Assembly (NCBI GenBank): GCA_048213135.1
Contig: PS015543.1
Span: forward strand, 1 to 36,080
Length of the DNA stretch: 36,080 nucleotides
Reading direction: 5' to 3'
From: Reclinomonas americana ATCC 50394
Lineage: Eukaryota
Position 1 is the stretch's first letter, and every line of letters begins with the position of its first letter. The notes under the pieces were generated by a model. The model did not search any database. It had not been told where the DNA came from and worked only from the letters and a program-made list of their open reading frames with translations. Below are positions 35,139 to 36,080 of this stretch, piece by piece. The position numbers and the translations under genes are program-made.

Positions 35139-36080
35139 ATGCCCGTGGTGATTGGCACTGGTGCTAATGGCCTGGCCAAGGTCACTCTGGTGAACGAGCA
35201 GGCAGGCGGTGGCCGTGTGGAAGTGTACCTGCACGGTGCGACAGTGACAAGTTATCGCCCGCGTGAGGATGCCTCCGAGGTGCTCTTTGTGAGCGCACAG
35301 GCCGTGTGGGACGGAGTGAAGCCCATCCGCGGTGGCATCCCCGTGAGTTCCACACACTCGCATACAGAGAGACACGCAGAGAGGGAGAGAGCTCACGCAC
35401 CTCTCTTTCTCTCAGGTCGTTTTCCCACAATTCGGGCAATCTCTCGACGCGCGACTTGCACAGCACGGCTTTGCGCGCAACTCCACGTGGTCACTGTCGC
35501 AGGTGGACGACCTCGCCGACAGTGTGGTGGCCACGTTTACACTGCAATCAAACGAGGCCACCATGGCAGTGTGGCCGCATGCGTTTTCGTTGCAGTACGC
35601 CGTCACCCTCGGCCCCGATCGGCTGACCACGGCGTTGCAGATTAGCAACACGGGCGCGGAGTCGTTCGTCTTTCAGTGCCTCCTGCACACATATTATCAG
35701 CTCGGAGAAGATGTGGCGCATTTGCAGGTGCACGGACTGCGTGGCTGCGAGTTCCTCGATCAGCTGAAGCAGCGGGCGCGCGTGACGGACGACGCGGAGA
35801 GTGCGGCGATTGCGGACGAGGTGGATCGTATCTACTTGTCGGTGCCGGCTGGCACCGAGCTGCAGGTGGCTCAATCGAGCAGTCGCGTGGCGCTGCAGAA
35901 GCGCGTGTTTTGGGATGGCGATCGCAGTCGGGAGGCGGCTTGCGACGTGGTGCTGTGGAATCCGTGGATCGAAAAGTCGCGGCGCATGGCCGACTTTGGC
36001 GACGAAGAGGTGCGCCGGCCAGTCGTTTGTTGGGCGATGCTGTGGTCTCTTATTATTGTTACTTTGTACAGTACCATCAC
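35139..36080 (+). CDS. Glucose-6-phosphate 1-epimerase (D-hexose-6-phosphate mutarotase, aldose 1-epimerase family), 3'-partial
   Basis: VYLHGATVTSY, LFVS..A..DG.KPIRGGIP|VVFPQFG, QHGFARNSTW, LHTYY, EVDRIY, DVVLWNPWIEKSRRMADFGDEE; the window ends inside an intron. Confidence 0.93.

Noticed and set aside
1-36080. Stop-codon reassignment or readthrough suggested by the fragmented ORFs
   Set aside because: In-frame stops fall in inferred introns, and TAA, TAG and TGA all occur as plausible terminal stops.

Overview
Eukaryotic, GC-rich, very gene-dense window from an intron-rich flagellated protist (the lineage cannot be fixed from the sequence). It uses the standard genetic code and mostly 55-80 nt GT-AG introns with a CT(C/G/A)AY branch-point-like motif near the acceptor; about 110 introns were inferred by hand. 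Genes reconstructed by manual splicing: KATNIP/KIAA0556 (5'-partial), a large coiled-coil protein with a degenerate class III nucleotide-cyclase domain, a QNG1/Q_salvage-like protein, a 7TM-RGS protein, an RPxSA-rich low-complexity protein, a DHH/DHHA1 phosphoesterase, a HIT-like protein, an FkbM-type methyltransferase, an MGCGCS (dual-acylation) protein, a NuSAP-like protein, a histidine-phosphatase-like gene split across an apparently inverted contig, a WD40 protein and a glucose-6-phosphate 1-epimerase (3'-partial). No rRNA, tRNA, CRISPR array or transposon was seen. The strongest signal is that about a quarter of the introns use a donor (non-G)|GTTGCG, which is the local consensus G|GTGCGT shifted by one base and points to routine +1-shifted 5' splice-site recognition. 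A second signal is the exact 10-mer AGTTGTCCTC, found 43-55 nt before the ATG in three very short spacers (candidate core-promoter element). All exon coordinates are manual inferences without transcript data.
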